From positions 30,073 through 94,072 of the forward strand of contig DATDKW010000340.1 in the NCBI GenBank assembly GCA_036519715.1: 64,000 nt of DNA, in the 5' to 3' direction. Position numbers and translations under genes: made by a program. Numbering within the stretch: the stretch's first letter is position 1; each line of letters starts with the position of its first letter. This DNA is from Mycobacteriales bacterium (GTDB lineage Bacteria > Actinomycetota > Actinomycetes > Mycobacteriales > CADCTP01). Positions 10,127 through 18,924 of the stretch are shown piece by piece. The notes under the pieces are model-generated. The model saw nothing but the letters and a program-made list of their open reading frames with translations, did not search any database and was not told where the DNA came from.

Positions 10127-11398
10127 ATGGCCGGGTCGGACGAGGGCGGGAGTGGTGGGGTGACGACGGATCGGGTGACGCGGCAGCAACCGCAGCTTTC
10201 CGCTCATACCGCCGGGCGCGGTGTGATGCTGGCCGTGGCCACGATGGGGTTCGCGGTCAACTTCTGGGCCTGGGCGTTGTTGAGCCCGCTCGGACCGCGG
10301 TACCGGGAGTCCCTGGGACTGTCGGCGTTCCAGCAGGCGCTGCTGGTGGCGGTGCCGGTCGTGGTCGGCTCGGTGGGCCGGATCCCGGTCGGCGCGCTGA
10401 CCGACCGGTTCGGCGGCCGGGTGATGTTCCCGCTGGTGTCGCTGGCGACGGCCGTGCCGGTGCTGTACCTCGGCCTGGCCGGGCAGGACTCACTGGCGGC
10501 CTTGCTGGTGGGCGGGTTCTTCCTCGGCATCGGCGGGACGGCCTTCGCGGTCGGGGTCCCGTTCGTCAACGCCTGGTTCCCGCCGGAGCGCCGCGGCTTG
10601 GCGATCGGGGTGTTCGGCGCGGGGATGGGCGGCACCGCGGTCAGCGCGCTGACCACGGTGCGGCTGGTCGACGCCGGCGGCTCCACCACGCCGTTCCTGC
10701 TCACCGCCGTGGTCCTCGCCCTCTACGCGGTCGTCGCCTGGATCGTGCTCCGGGACGCCCCCGGCCGGCAGACGCCGACCGCATCGCTGGGGACCAGGCT
10801 GGCAGCGGCGGCCCGGCTGCCGATCACCTGGCACGCCAGCGCCCTGTACGCGGTCGCGTTCGGCGGCTACGTCGCCTTCTCCGTCTACCTGCCGACCTAC
10901 CTGCGGACGGCGTACGGGCTGACCCAGACCGACGCCGCCAACCGGATGGCCGGGTTCGTGCTGCTCGCCGTGCTGATGCGGCCGATCGGGGGGTGGCTGT
11001 CCGACCGGCTCGGGTCGGTGGCGGTACTGACAGTCGTTTTCGTGGTGGTGGCGGCCGGTGCCGCGGTGCAGGCGGCGACGCCGGCGCTGATGCCGGTGGG
11101 CACGATCGCGTTCCTGTCCATGGCCGCGGCCCTGGGCGCCGGCAGCGGCGCGACGTTCGCCCTCGTGGCGAAGGTGGCGCCGCCGACGGCGGTGGGTTCG
11201 GTCAGCGGTGTGGTCGGCGCGGCCGGTGGGCTCGGCGGCTTCGTCCCCCCGCTGCTGATGGGCTTCCTCTACGGTCGGACCGGTTCGTACGGCCTCGGGC
11301 TCGGCCTGCTCGCCGGGGTCGCGCTGGGGCTGCTGCTGTTCACCCTCACCGTCGTGAGGTCCGCCGCCGCGCCGAGCACCCCGGGAGACCGCCCATGA
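10127..11398 (+). CDS. narK: MFS nitrate/nitrite transporter
   Basis: The MFS topology and NarK-like blocks are present (GRIPVGALTDRFGGR, GAGMGGTAVS). Its stop overlaps the narG start in an ATGA. The start is uncertain: ATG 10127, GTG 10160 and ATG near 10226 are all in frame. The 9698 start in the ORF track adds an Arg/Pro-rich extension that does not look coding. Confidence 0.8.
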   Translation: MAGSDEGGSGGVTTDRVTRQQPQLSAHTAGRGVMLAVATMGFAVNFWAWALLSPLGPRYRESLGLSAFQQALLVAVPVVVGSVGRIPVGALTDRFGGRVMFPLVSLATAVPVLYLGLAGQDSLAALLVGGFFLGIGGTAFAVGVPFVNAWFPPERRGLAIGVFGAGMGGTAVSALTTVRLVDAGGSTTPFLLTAVVLALYAVVAWIVLRDAPGRQTPTASLGTRLAAAARLPITWHASALYAVAFGGYVAFSVYLPTYLRTAYGLTQTDAANRMAGFVLLAVLMRPIGGWLSDRLGSVAVLTVVFVVVAAGAAVQAATPALMPVGTIAFLSMAAALGAGSGATFALVAKVAPPTAVGSVSGVVGAAGGLGGFVPPLLMGFLYGRTGSYGLGLGLLAGVALGLLLFTLTVVRSAAAPSTPGDRP

Positions 11399-14300
11399 CG
11401 CCCGACTCCCGTCCCGCCCGCTCCGGCGGCGGGCTCGACAGCGGCCTCGTCGACGCGCTGGTCGGCACCCGCCGGTTCTTCACCCGGGCGGAGGTGTCGC
11501 CGGACCTGCGCACGCTGTACAAGATCGGCGGGCGGCAGGCGGACGCCTTCTACCGCGACCGGTGGTCGCACGACAAGGTCGTCCGCTCCACCCACGGGGT
11601 CAACTGCACCGGGTCGTGCTCGTGGAAGGTCTACGTCAAGGACGGGATCATCACCTGGGAGGCGCAGCAGACGGACTACCCGTCGGTCGGGCCGGACCGG
11701 CCGGAGTACGAGCCCCGGGGCTGCCCGCGCGGGGCGGCGTTCTCCTGGTACACGTACTCGCCGACCAGGGTGCGCTACCCGTACGTGCGGGGCGTGCTGC
11801 TGGAGATGTACCGGGAGGCCCGGGCCCGCACCGGCGACCCGGTCCTGGCCTGGGCCGAGATCGTCTCCGACCCGGAGCGGGCCCGCCGCTACAAGGCCGC
11901 CCGGGGCAAGGGTGGCCTGGTCCGGGCCTCCTGGGACGAGGCCGCGGAGATGATCGCCGCCGCGCACGTGCACACCATCGAGCGGTACGGGCCGGACCGG
12001 ATCGCGGGGTTCTCCCCCATCCCGGCCATGTCGATGGTCTCGCACGCCGCCGGCGCGCGGTTCGTCTCGCTGATCGGCGGCACCATGCTGTCGTTCTACG
12101 ACTGGTACGCGGACCTGCCGGTGGCCTCGCCGCAGGTCTTCGGCGACCAGACCGACGTGCCGGAGTCGGGCGACTGGTGGGACGCGTCGTACCTGATCCT
12201 CTGGGGTTCCAACGTCCCGGTGACCCGGACGCCGGACGCGCACTGGATGACCGAGGCGCGCTACCGCGGCCAGAAGGTCGTGGTCATGTCGCCGGACTAC
12301 TCGGACGCGACGAAGTTCGCCGACGACTGGCTGGCGCCGCACCCCGGCACGGACGGGGCGCTGGCGATGGCCATGGGCCACGTGGTGCTCAAGGAGTTCT
12401 TCGTCGACCGGCAGGTGCCGCGGTTCACCGACTACGTCAAGCGCTTCACCGACCTGCCGTTCCTGGTCACCCTCACCGGGAGCGGGGACGCGCTGGTACC
12501 GGGCAAGTTCCTGACCGCCGCGGATCTCGGGGACACGGCCGAGGGCGCGGACTTCAGGACCGTGCTGATCGACGGCCGGACCGGGCGCCCGACCGTCCCG
12601 AACGGGACGCTCGGCGACCGCTTCTCCGACGCCGGCAAGGGGAGGTGGAACCTCGACCTCGGCGACGTCGACCCGCAGCTGTCCCTGTACGGCGACGGCG
12701 ACGTGGCCGAGGTGGACCTGCCGCGCTTCGACTCCGCCGCGGGCGAGGCCCGGGTCCTGCGCCGGGGCGTTCCCGTGTGGACGGTCGGCGGGCACCGGGT
12801 CACCACCGTCTTCGACCTGCTGCTGGCCCAGTACGGCGTGGGCCGGCCCGGTCTGCCCGGCAGCTGGCCGGCGTCGTACGAGGACGCGGCCGAGCCGTAC
12901 ACGCCGGCCTGGCAGGAACAGTTCACCGGGGTGGCGCCCGCGGCGGCGGCGAAGATCGGTCGCGAGTTCGCCCGCAACGCCGAGGAGTCCGGTGGCCGCT
13001 CCATGATCATCATGGGGGCGGGGACCAACCACTGGTTCCACTCCGACACGATCTACCGCGCCTTCCTCGCCCTCACCACGCTGACCGGCTGCCAGGGCGT
13101 GAACGGCGGCGGGTGGGCGCACTACGTCGGCCAGGAGAAGTGCCGCCCGCAGGTCGGCTGGTCCACGATGGCGTCCGCCGCGGACTGGCAGCGCCCGCCG
13201 CGGCAGATGATCCAGACCGCGTACTGGTACCTGCACACCGACCAGTTCCGCTACGACCACTTCGGCGCCGACACCCTGGCCGCGGCGACGGCCGGCGGCC
13301 GGTTCGCCGGCCTGACGACCGCGGACCTGATCGCGAAGTCGGCGCGGATGGGCTGGATGCCGTCGTACCCGACCTTCGACCGCAACCCGCTGACGCTCTG
13401 CGAGGAGGCGGACGCGGCCGGACTGCCGGTCGCGGACCACGTGGTGAGGGAGCTGCGGGCCGGCCGGCTGCGCTTCGCCTGCGAGGACCCGGACGCCCCG
13501 CAGAACTTCCCGCGGGTCCTGACCGTCTGGCGGGCGAACCTGCTCGGCTCGTCGGCGAAGGGCAACGAGTACTTCCTCAAGCACCTGCTGGGCACGGACT
13601 CGTCCCTCCGTGCGGCCGAGGCCCCGCCCGAGGCCCGCCCGCGGGACGTGGTCTGGCACGACGAGGCCCCGGAGGGAAAGCTCGACCTGTTGCTGTCGCT
13701 CGACTTCCGGATGACCAGCACGACGATCTTCAGCGACGTCGTGCTCCCGGCCGCGACCTGGTACGAGAAGCACGACCTCAACACCACCGACATGCACCCG
13801 TTCGTGCACTCGTTCAACCCTGCCATCGCCCCGCCCTGGCAGACCCGGACCGACTTCGACGCCTTCCACACCATCGCCACGGCGTTCAGCCGGCTGGCGG
13901 GGCCCCGTCTCGGTGTCCGCAAGGACCTGGTGGCCGCGCCGCTGCTGCACGACACCGCGGACGAGATGGCCACCCCGCACGGGATCGTCCGGGACTGGAC
14001 GGCGGGGGACTGCGACCCGGTCCCGGGCCGGACCATGCCGAAGCTGGTCGTGGTCGAGCGCGACTACGGCGCCGTCGCCGCGAAGATGGCCGCCGTCGGG
14101 CCGCTGCTGGACACCCTCGGCACCACCGTCAAGGGCGTGTCCTGGGTGCCGGACCAGGAGATCGACCACCTGCGGCACAAGAACGGGACGGTCCGGGGCG
14201 GTCCCGCCGACGGGCGTCCCTCGCTGGCCCGGGACGTCGACATGTGCGAGACCATCCTCGCGCTGTCCGGCACGACCAACGGCCGGCTGGCCACCCTCGG

Positions 14301-15093
14301 GTTCCGGCAGGCCGAGGAGCGCACCGGCGTGCGGCTGGCCGACCTCGCCGCCGAGCACGAGGGCAAGCTGATCACCTTCGCCGACACCCAGTCGCGGCCG
14401 GTGCCGGTGATCACGTCGCCGGAGTGGTCGGGCAGCGAGCACGGCGGCCGGCGCTACTCGCCGTTCACCATCAACGTCGAGCGGCTCAAGCCGTGGCACA
14501 CGCTGACCGGCCGGCAGCACTTCTTCCTCGACCACGACTGGATGGCGGAGCTCGGCGAGGGGTTGCCGGTCTTCCGGCCGCCGCTGAACATGCACGCCCT
14601 CTTCGGCGAGCCGCGGCTCGGCGAGACCGGGGAGCTGGGGATCACCGTGCGGTACCTGACGCCGCACAACAAGTGGTCCATCCACTCCGAGTACCAGGAC
14701 AACCTCTTCATGCTGAGCCTGTCCCGGGGCGGCCAGACGATCTGGATGAGCAAGGAGGACGCGGCCAGGATCGGCGTCGCGGACAACGACTGGATCGAGG
14801 CGGTGAACCGCAACGGCGTCGTGGTGGCCCGCGCCATCGTGTCGCACCGGATGCCGGCCGGGACCGTCTACATGCACCACGCCCAGGACCGGCTCATCGA
14901 CGTGCCGCGGACCGAGACCTCCGGCAAGCGCGGCGGCATCCACAACTCGCTCACCCGGCTGCTGGTGAAGCCGAGCCACCTCATCGGCGGCTACGCGCAG
15001 CTGTCGTTCGCCTTCAACTACCTCGGCCCGACGGGCAACCAGCGTGACGAGGTCACCGTGATCCGGCGCCGCTCGCAGGAGGTGGAGTACTGA
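11395..15093 (+). CDS. narG: Respiratory nitrate reductase alpha subunit
   Basis: The N-terminus FFTRAEVSPD...DRWSHDKVVRSTHGVNCTGSCSWKVYVKDGIITWE carries the NarG FS0 cluster motif HxxxCxxxC. The length (1232 aa) is NarG-like and the gene order is narGHJI. Confidence 0.95.
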   Translation: MTPDSRPARSGGGLDSGLVDALVGTRRFFTRAEVSPDLRTLYKIGGRQADAFYRDRWSHDKVVRSTHGVNCTGSCSWKVYVKDGIITWEAQQTDYPSVGPDRPEYEPRGCPRGAAFSWYTYSPTRVRYPYVRGVLLEMYREARARTGDPVLAWAEIVSDPERARRYKAARGKGGLVRASWDEAAEMIAAAHVHTIERYGPDRIAGFSPIPAMSMVSHAAGARFVSLIGGTMLSFYDWYADLPVASPQVFGDQTDVPESGDWWDASYLILWGSNVPVTRTPDAHWMTEARYRGQKVVVMSPDYSDATKFADDWLAPHPGTDGALAMAMGHVVLKEFFVDRQVPRFTDYVKRFTDLPFLVTLTGSGDALVPGKFLTAADLGDTAEGADFRTVLIDGRTGRPTVPNGTLGDRFSDAGKGRWNLDLGDVDPQLSLYGDGDVAEVDLPRFDSAAGEARVLRRGVPVWTVGGHRVTTVFDLLLAQYGVGRPGLPGSWPASYEDAAEPYTPAWQEQFTGVAPAAAAKIGREFARNAEESGGRSMIIMGAGTNHWFHSDTIYRAFLALTTLTGCQGVNGGGWAHYVGQEKCRPQVGWSTMASAADWQRPPRQMIQTAYWYLHTDQFRYDHFGADTLAAATAGGRFAGLTTADLIAKSARMGWMPSYPTFDRNPLTLCEEADAAGLPVADHVVRELRAGRLRFACEDPDAPQNFPRVLTVWRANLLGSSAKGNEYFLKHLLGTDSSLRAAEAPPEARPRDVVWHDEAPEGKLDLLLSLDFRMTSTTIFSDVVLPAATWYEKHDLNTTDMHPFVHSFNPAIAPPWQTRTDFDAFHTIATAFSRLAGPRLGVRKDLVAAPLLHDTADEMATPHGIVRDWTAGDCDPVPGRTMPKLVVVERDYGAVAAKMAAVGPLLDTLGTTVKGVSWVPDQEIDHLRHKNGTVRGGPADGRPSLARDVDMCETILALSGTTNGRLATLGFRQAEERTGVRLADLAAEHEGKLITFADTQSRPVPVITSPEWSGSEHGGRRYSPFTINVERLKPWHTLTGRQHFFLDHDWMAELGEGLPVFRPPLNMHALFGEPRLGETGELGITVRYLTPHNKWSIHSEYQDNLFMLSLSRGGQTIWMSKEDAARIGVADNDWIEAVNRNGVVVARAIVSHRMPAGTVYMHHAQDRLIDVPRTETSGKRGGIHNSLTRLLVKPSHLIGGYAQLSFAFNYLGPTGNQRDEVTVIRRRSQEVEY

Positions 15094-15094
15094 C

Positions 15095-16798
15095 ATGAGA
15101 GTCATGGCGCAGATGGCGATGGTCATGAACCTCGACAAGTGCATCGGCTGCCACACCTGCTCGGTCACCTGCAAGCAGGCGTGGACCAACCGCAGCGGGG
15201 TCGAGTACGTCTGGTTCAACAACGTCGAGACCCGCCCGGGGCAGGGCTACCCCCGCCGGTACGAGGACCAGGAGCGCTGGCGGGGCGGCTGGGAGCTCAA
15301 CCGCCGCGGCCGGCTGGCGCTGAAGGGCGGGGGGCGGCTGCGCAAGCTGCTCACCATCTTCGCCAACCCGGTGATGCCGTCGATCGACGACTACTACGAG
15401 CCCTGGACCTACGACTACGAGACGCTCACCAACGCCCCGGCCCAGCAGCACACCCCGGTGGCCCGGCCGAAGTCGCTGCTGTCCGGCCAGGACATGAAGA
15501 TCTCCTGGTCCGCCAACTGGGACGACGACCTCGGCGGCTCGCCCGACCACGGCGACAAGGACGTGCTGCTGCGGAGCATCGCCGACAAGGTGAAGCTCGA
15601 CTTCGAGCAGACCTTCATGTTCTACCTGCCGCGCATCTGCGAGCACTGCCTCAACCCGTCCTGCGCGGCGTCCTGCCCGTCCGGTGCGATCTACAAGCGC
15701 TCGGAGGACGGCATCGTCCTGGTCGACCAGGACCGCTGCCGCGGCTGGCGGATGTGCGTCACCGGCTGCCCGTACAAGAAGGTCTACTTCAACCACCGCA
15801 CCGGCAAGGCCGAGAAGTGCACGTTCTGCTTCCCCCGGGTCGAGGTCGGCATCCCGACGGTGTGCTCGGAGACCTGCGTCGGCCGGCTGCGGTACATCGG
15901 GCTGGTCCTCTACGACGCCGACCGGGTGCTGGCGGCGGCGTCCACTGTGGACGATCAGGACCTGTACGAGGCGCAGCGGCGGGTCTTCCTCGACCCGCAC
16001 GACCCCGCCGTGGTTCGCGAGGCCGAGCATGCCGGCATCCCGCACGACTGGATCCAGGCCGCCCAGCGCTCCCCGGTGTACCGGCTGATCAACGACTTCC
16101 GGGTCGCGCTGCCGCTGCACCCGGAATACCGCACGCTGCCGATGGTCTGGTACATCCCGCCGCTGTCGCCGGTCGTCGACGTGGTCCGCGACACCGGCCA
16201 CGACGCCGAGGACCGCGGGAACCTCTTCGCCGCCATCGAGGCACTGCGCATCCCGGTCGACTACCTCGGCCAGCTGTTCACCGCCGGCGACCCCGGCCCG
16301 GTGGACGCGGTGCTGCGCCGCCTGGCCGCGATGCGGTCCTACCTCCGCGACCTCAACCTGGGCCGGGATCCCGACGAGTCGATCCCGGCCGCCGTCGGCA
16401 TGACCGGCGAGCAGCTGTACGACATGTACCGCCTGCTGGCCATCGCCAAGTACGAGGAGCGGTACGTGATCCCGCCGGCGCACGCGGAGCAGGCCCACGA
16501 CCTGGAGGAGCTCGCGACGGAGTGCAGCCTCGACTACGACGGCGGCCCCGGGATGGGCGGCTGGGGACCGTTCGGGGAGAGCTCCGGCGGCAGCACCCCG
16601 ATCGCGGTGGAGAACTTCCACATGCTCAAGGACCGGCAGACCGCGGACTCGCCGACCGCGCCGTCCGACCCGGGCCGGGTGAACCTGCTGAACTGGGACG
16701 GCAAGGGCGCGCCGTCCGGGCTGTTCCCGCCGCGCCGGGGCGCGCCGGAGCTGATGGACGGCACCGACCCCGCCGGTGAGACGGAGCCCAGGCCGTGA
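15095..16798 (+). CDS. narH: Respiratory nitrate reductase beta (Fe-S) subunit
   Basis: MAQMAMVMNLDKCIGCHTCSVTCKQAWTNRSGVEYVWFNNVETRPGQGYP is near-collinear with the classical NarH N-terminus. An AGGAGG ribosome-binding site lies upstream. Confidence 0.95.
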   Translation: MRVMAQMAMVMNLDKCIGCHTCSVTCKQAWTNRSGVEYVWFNNVETRPGQGYPRRYEDQERWRGGWELNRRGRLALKGGGRLRKLLTIFANPVMPSIDDYYEPWTYDYETLTNAPAQQHTPVARPKSLLSGQDMKISWSANWDDDLGGSPDHGDKDVLLRSIADKVKLDFEQTFMFYLPRICEHCLNPSCAASCPSGAIYKRSEDGIVLVDQDRCRGWRMCVTGCPYKKVYFNHRTGKAEKCTFCFPRVEVGIPTVCSETCVGRLRYIGLVLYDADRVLAAASTVDDQDLYEAQRRVFLDPHDPAVVREAEHAGIPHDWIQAAQRSPVYRLINDFRVALPLHPEYRTLPMVWYIPPLSPVVDVVRDTGHDAEDRGNLFAAIEALRIPVDYLGQLFTAGDPGPVDAVLRRLAAMRSYLRDLNLGRDPDESIPAAVGMTGEQLYDMYRLLAIAKYEERYVIPPAHAEQAHDLEELATECSLDYDGGPGMGGWGPFGESSGGSTPIAVENFHMLKDRQTADSPTAPSDPGRVNLLNWDGKGAPSGLFPPRRGAPELMDGTDPAGETEPRP

Positions 16799-17436
16799 CC
16801 GGCGCCGCGCCGGGCTGGTGGAGCCCGACCTGGCAGGCTGCGTCGCTGCTGCTCGGCTATCCGGACGCGCGGCTGCTCGGTCACGAGCCGCTGCTGCGCC
16901 GCCTGGTGGACGGCCTGCCCGAGCCGGCCGGGGGCCCGCTGGGCCGGTTCCTCGACCACCTGGCCGGGACCCCGCTCCGGGTCCTGCAGGAGTCCTATGT
17001 GGACACCTTCGAGCACCGGCGCCGGTGCTGCCTCTACCTGACGTACTACGCGTACGGGGACACCCGGAAGCGGGGCATGGCGCTGCTGCGGTTCAAGCAG
17101 GCGTACCGGGCCGCCGGACTGGAGCTCCGCTCGGATGAGCTGCCGGACCACCTCGCCGTCGTGCTGGAGTTCGCCGCCACCGGCGATCCGGCCCAGGGGC
17201 GGCGGCTGCTGCTGGAACACCGCGGCGGGGTGGAGCTGCTGCGGCTGGCGCTGGGCGACGCCGGGTCCCCGTACGCCGATGTCGTGCAGGCGGTGTCGGC
17301 CACCCTGCCGCCGCTGGGCGGCAGCGACCGGGACGCCGTCGCCCGCCTGGTCGCCCAGGGACCGCCGGCCGAGGAGGTCGGCCTGCAGCCGTTCGCACCG
17401 CCCGAGTACATGCCGTCCTCAGGAGCCCGCCCATGA
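16795..17436 (+). CDS. narJ: Nitrate reductase molybdenum cofactor assembly chaperone
   Basis: The GTG start overlaps the narH stop (GTGA). NarJ block: YVDTFEHRRRCCLYLTYYAYGDTRKRGMALLRFKQAY...ELPDHLAVVLEF. Confidence 0.9.
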   Translation: MTGAAPGWWSPTWQAASLLLGYPDARLLGHEPLLRRLVDGLPEPAGGPLGRFLDHLAGTPLRVLQESYVDTFEHRRRCCLYLTYYAYGDTRKRGMALLRFKQAYRAAGLELRSDELPDHLAVVLEFAATGDPAQGRRLLLEHRGGVELLRLALGDAGSPYADVVQAVSATLPPLGGSDRDAVARLVAQGPPAEEVGLQPFAPPEYMPSSGARP

Positions 17437-17474
17437 GCCCGCCCATGAGCCCGCCCATGAGCCTGCCCATGAGC
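17421..17474 (+). repeat. 12-bp tandem repeat (about 4.5 copies) spanning the narJ stop and narI start
   Basis: aGGAGCCCGCCC / ATGAGCCCGCCC / ATGAGCCCGCCC / ATGAGCCTGCCC / ATGAGC. It encodes MSPP-MSPP-MSLP-MS at the NarI N-terminus. Confidence 0.9.
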
Positions 17475-18260
17475 ATCGCCCTGGCCGCCGGGGCACCGCC
17501 GGTGGACGTCGTCCCGGCCGGACCGGTGAGCACCGCGGCCACGGTCCTGTGGGTCGTCGTCCCCTACGTGTGCCTCGCCGTCTTCGCCGTCGGCCACGTC
17601 TGGCGCTACCGGTACGACAAGTTCGGGTGGACCACCCGCTCGTCCCAGCTCTACGAACGGCGGCTGCTGCGCTGGGGCAGCCCGCTGTTCCACTTCGGCA
17701 TCCTGTTCGTCCTGCTCGGGCACGTTCTCGGCCTGGGCGTGCCGGAGAGCTGGACCTCGGCGGTGGGGATCTCCGACGGCGCGTACCACGCGATGGCGGT
17801 CGGCATCGGCACGATCGCCGGCGTCTGCACCGTCGTCGGGATGGCCCTGCTGATCTACCGGCGGCGCACGGTCGGGCCGGTCTTCTCCGCGACGACCAGG
17901 ATGGACAAGGCGATGTACGCCGTCCTCGCCACGGTGATCCTGCTGGGGCTGTGGAACACCGCCGCCGGCTCCATCCTCAACCTGACCGGCCACTACGACT
18001 ACCGCGAGGGCGTCTCGGTCTGGTTCCGCGGGATCTTCCGGCTCTCCCCGCACCCGGAGCTGATGGCCGACGCGCCGCTCGGCTTCCAGCTGCACGGGCT
18101 GGCCGCGTTCCTGCTGTTCGCCTTGTGGCCCTTCACCCGGCTCGTGCACGTCTTCAGCGCGCCCCTGGGCTACCTGACCCGGCCGTACATCGTCTACCGC
18201 AGCCGGGACACCCGGCTCGGCTCCCGGGCGCCCGGCCGGGGCTGGGAGCGGGTCGGCTGA
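17433..18260 (+). CDS. narI: Respiratory nitrate reductase gamma (cytochrome b) subunit
   Basis: NarI blocks are present (GHVWRYRYDKFGWTTRSSQLYE, SPLFHFGILFVLLGH, FTRLVHVFSAPLGYLTRPYIVYR). Four in-frame ATGs at 17433, 17445, 17457 and 17469 make the exact start ambiguous. Confidence 0.9.
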   Translation: MSPPMSPPMSLPMSIALAAGAPPVDVVPAGPVSTAATVLWVVVPYVCLAVFAVGHVWRYRYDKFGWTTRSSQLYERRLLRWGSPLFHFGILFVLLGHVLGLGVPESWTSAVGISDGAYHAMAVGIGTIAGVCTVVGMALLIYRRRTVGPVFSATTRMDKAMYAVLATVILLGLWNTAAGSILNLTGHYDYREGVSVWFRGIFRLSPHPELMADAPLGFQLHGLAAFLLFALWPFTRLVHVFSAPLGYLTRPYIVYRSRDTRLGSRAPGRGWERVG

Positions 18261-18290
18261 GCCCGTACCCCTCCGCGGAAGGACAGGATC

Positions 18291-18686
18291 ATGTGCGGAT
18301 CGAACTCCGCGGTGGGGTTGGCCGAGCAGGAGCGGGTGCTGTGGCCGCTGCTGCGCGACCGGCTCCGGGTTCCCGGCCGGTTGATGGGACTGATGCGCGG
18401 CGTGCTCGGCGGCGACGCCGAGGTGGCCGTCGTGGTGACCACGACGCCGGGTGGGATCGCGACTCCGGTGGCGATCCTGGCCACGCCCGTGATCGCGGCG
18501 GAGGTCACCCTGCTCGGCGACGGTAGGCAGCCCGACGTCCGCCGCGGCCGCATCGGCGACGACGAGGTCGACGTCCTGGTCGCCGACCCGGGCAGCGGCC
18601 CCACACCGGTCGCGGTCTTCGTCACCGGCTGGATGCGCGAGCACCTGTACCTGTACTCCCGCGAGCTCTGGCACCGGTCCCGCTGA
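18291..18686 (+). CDS. Hypothetical protein downstream of narI; ends at an in-frame TGA that may interrupt a longer gene
   Basis: ATG follows a GGAAGGA ribosome-binding site. Third codon positions are G/C-rich. I recognise no family. Confidence 0.45.
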   Translation: MCGSNSAVGLAEQERVLWPLLRDRLRVPGRLMGLMRGVLGGDAEVAVVVTTTPGGIATPVAILATPVIAAEVTLLGDGRQPDVRRGRIGDDEVDVLVADPGSGPTPVAVFVTGWMREHLYLYSRELWHRSR

Positions 18687-18911
18687 CCGCCCGCCGCCGG
18701 CGACTTCGGCTTCATCGAGGAGTACACCTGCCGGATCCACGGCGAGCCGACCAAGGCGGTCGCCACGATCACCCGGAACGCCGCCGGGAAGGCGCAGGCG
18801 ATCGTGGTCAACCACCGGCCGCGCAGCTCGATCCTCCTGTTCGCCCGGCTCAGGGGCGAGAAGTACGCCGGCACCCCGCTGGCCTGCTTCTTCCTCACCG
18901 ACGGGGCATGA
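18687..18911 (+). other. Coding-like continuation in the same frame as 18291..18686, with no start codon of its own
   Basis: The 74 codons directly after the TGA (PPAAGDFGFIEEYTCRIHGEPTKAVATITRNAAGKAQAIVVNHRPRSSILLFARLRGEKYAGTPLACFFLTDGA*) end almost entirely in G/C. There is no ATG, GTG or TTG near the 5' end. Confidence 0.5.
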
Positions 18912-18924
18912 CCCGCCGGCCCGG

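Noticed and set aside
11269-15222. A 1317-aa ORF on the minus strand and an 1161-aa ORF (11562..15047, +) overlapping narG
   Set aside because: These are shadow ORFs typical of very high-GC DNA. Their translations are Arg/Pro/Gly/Ala/His-rich with no motifs. The narG frame has clear family motifs and the correct G/C third-position bias.
17421-17474. The short tandem repeats (here and at 46941..46985 and 62711..62770) as possible CRISPR or minisatellite arrays
   Set aside because: The units are 12-15 bp, contiguous with no spacers, and lie in frame inside coding sequence. They are not CRISPR arrays.
18684-18686. Selenocysteine decoding of the in-frame TGA
   Set aside because: I see no evident SECIS-like hairpin immediately downstream, and there is no Cys/Sec-type redox context. 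This cannot be supported from sequence alone. Pseudogene, sequencing error or readthrough remain the listed alternatives.
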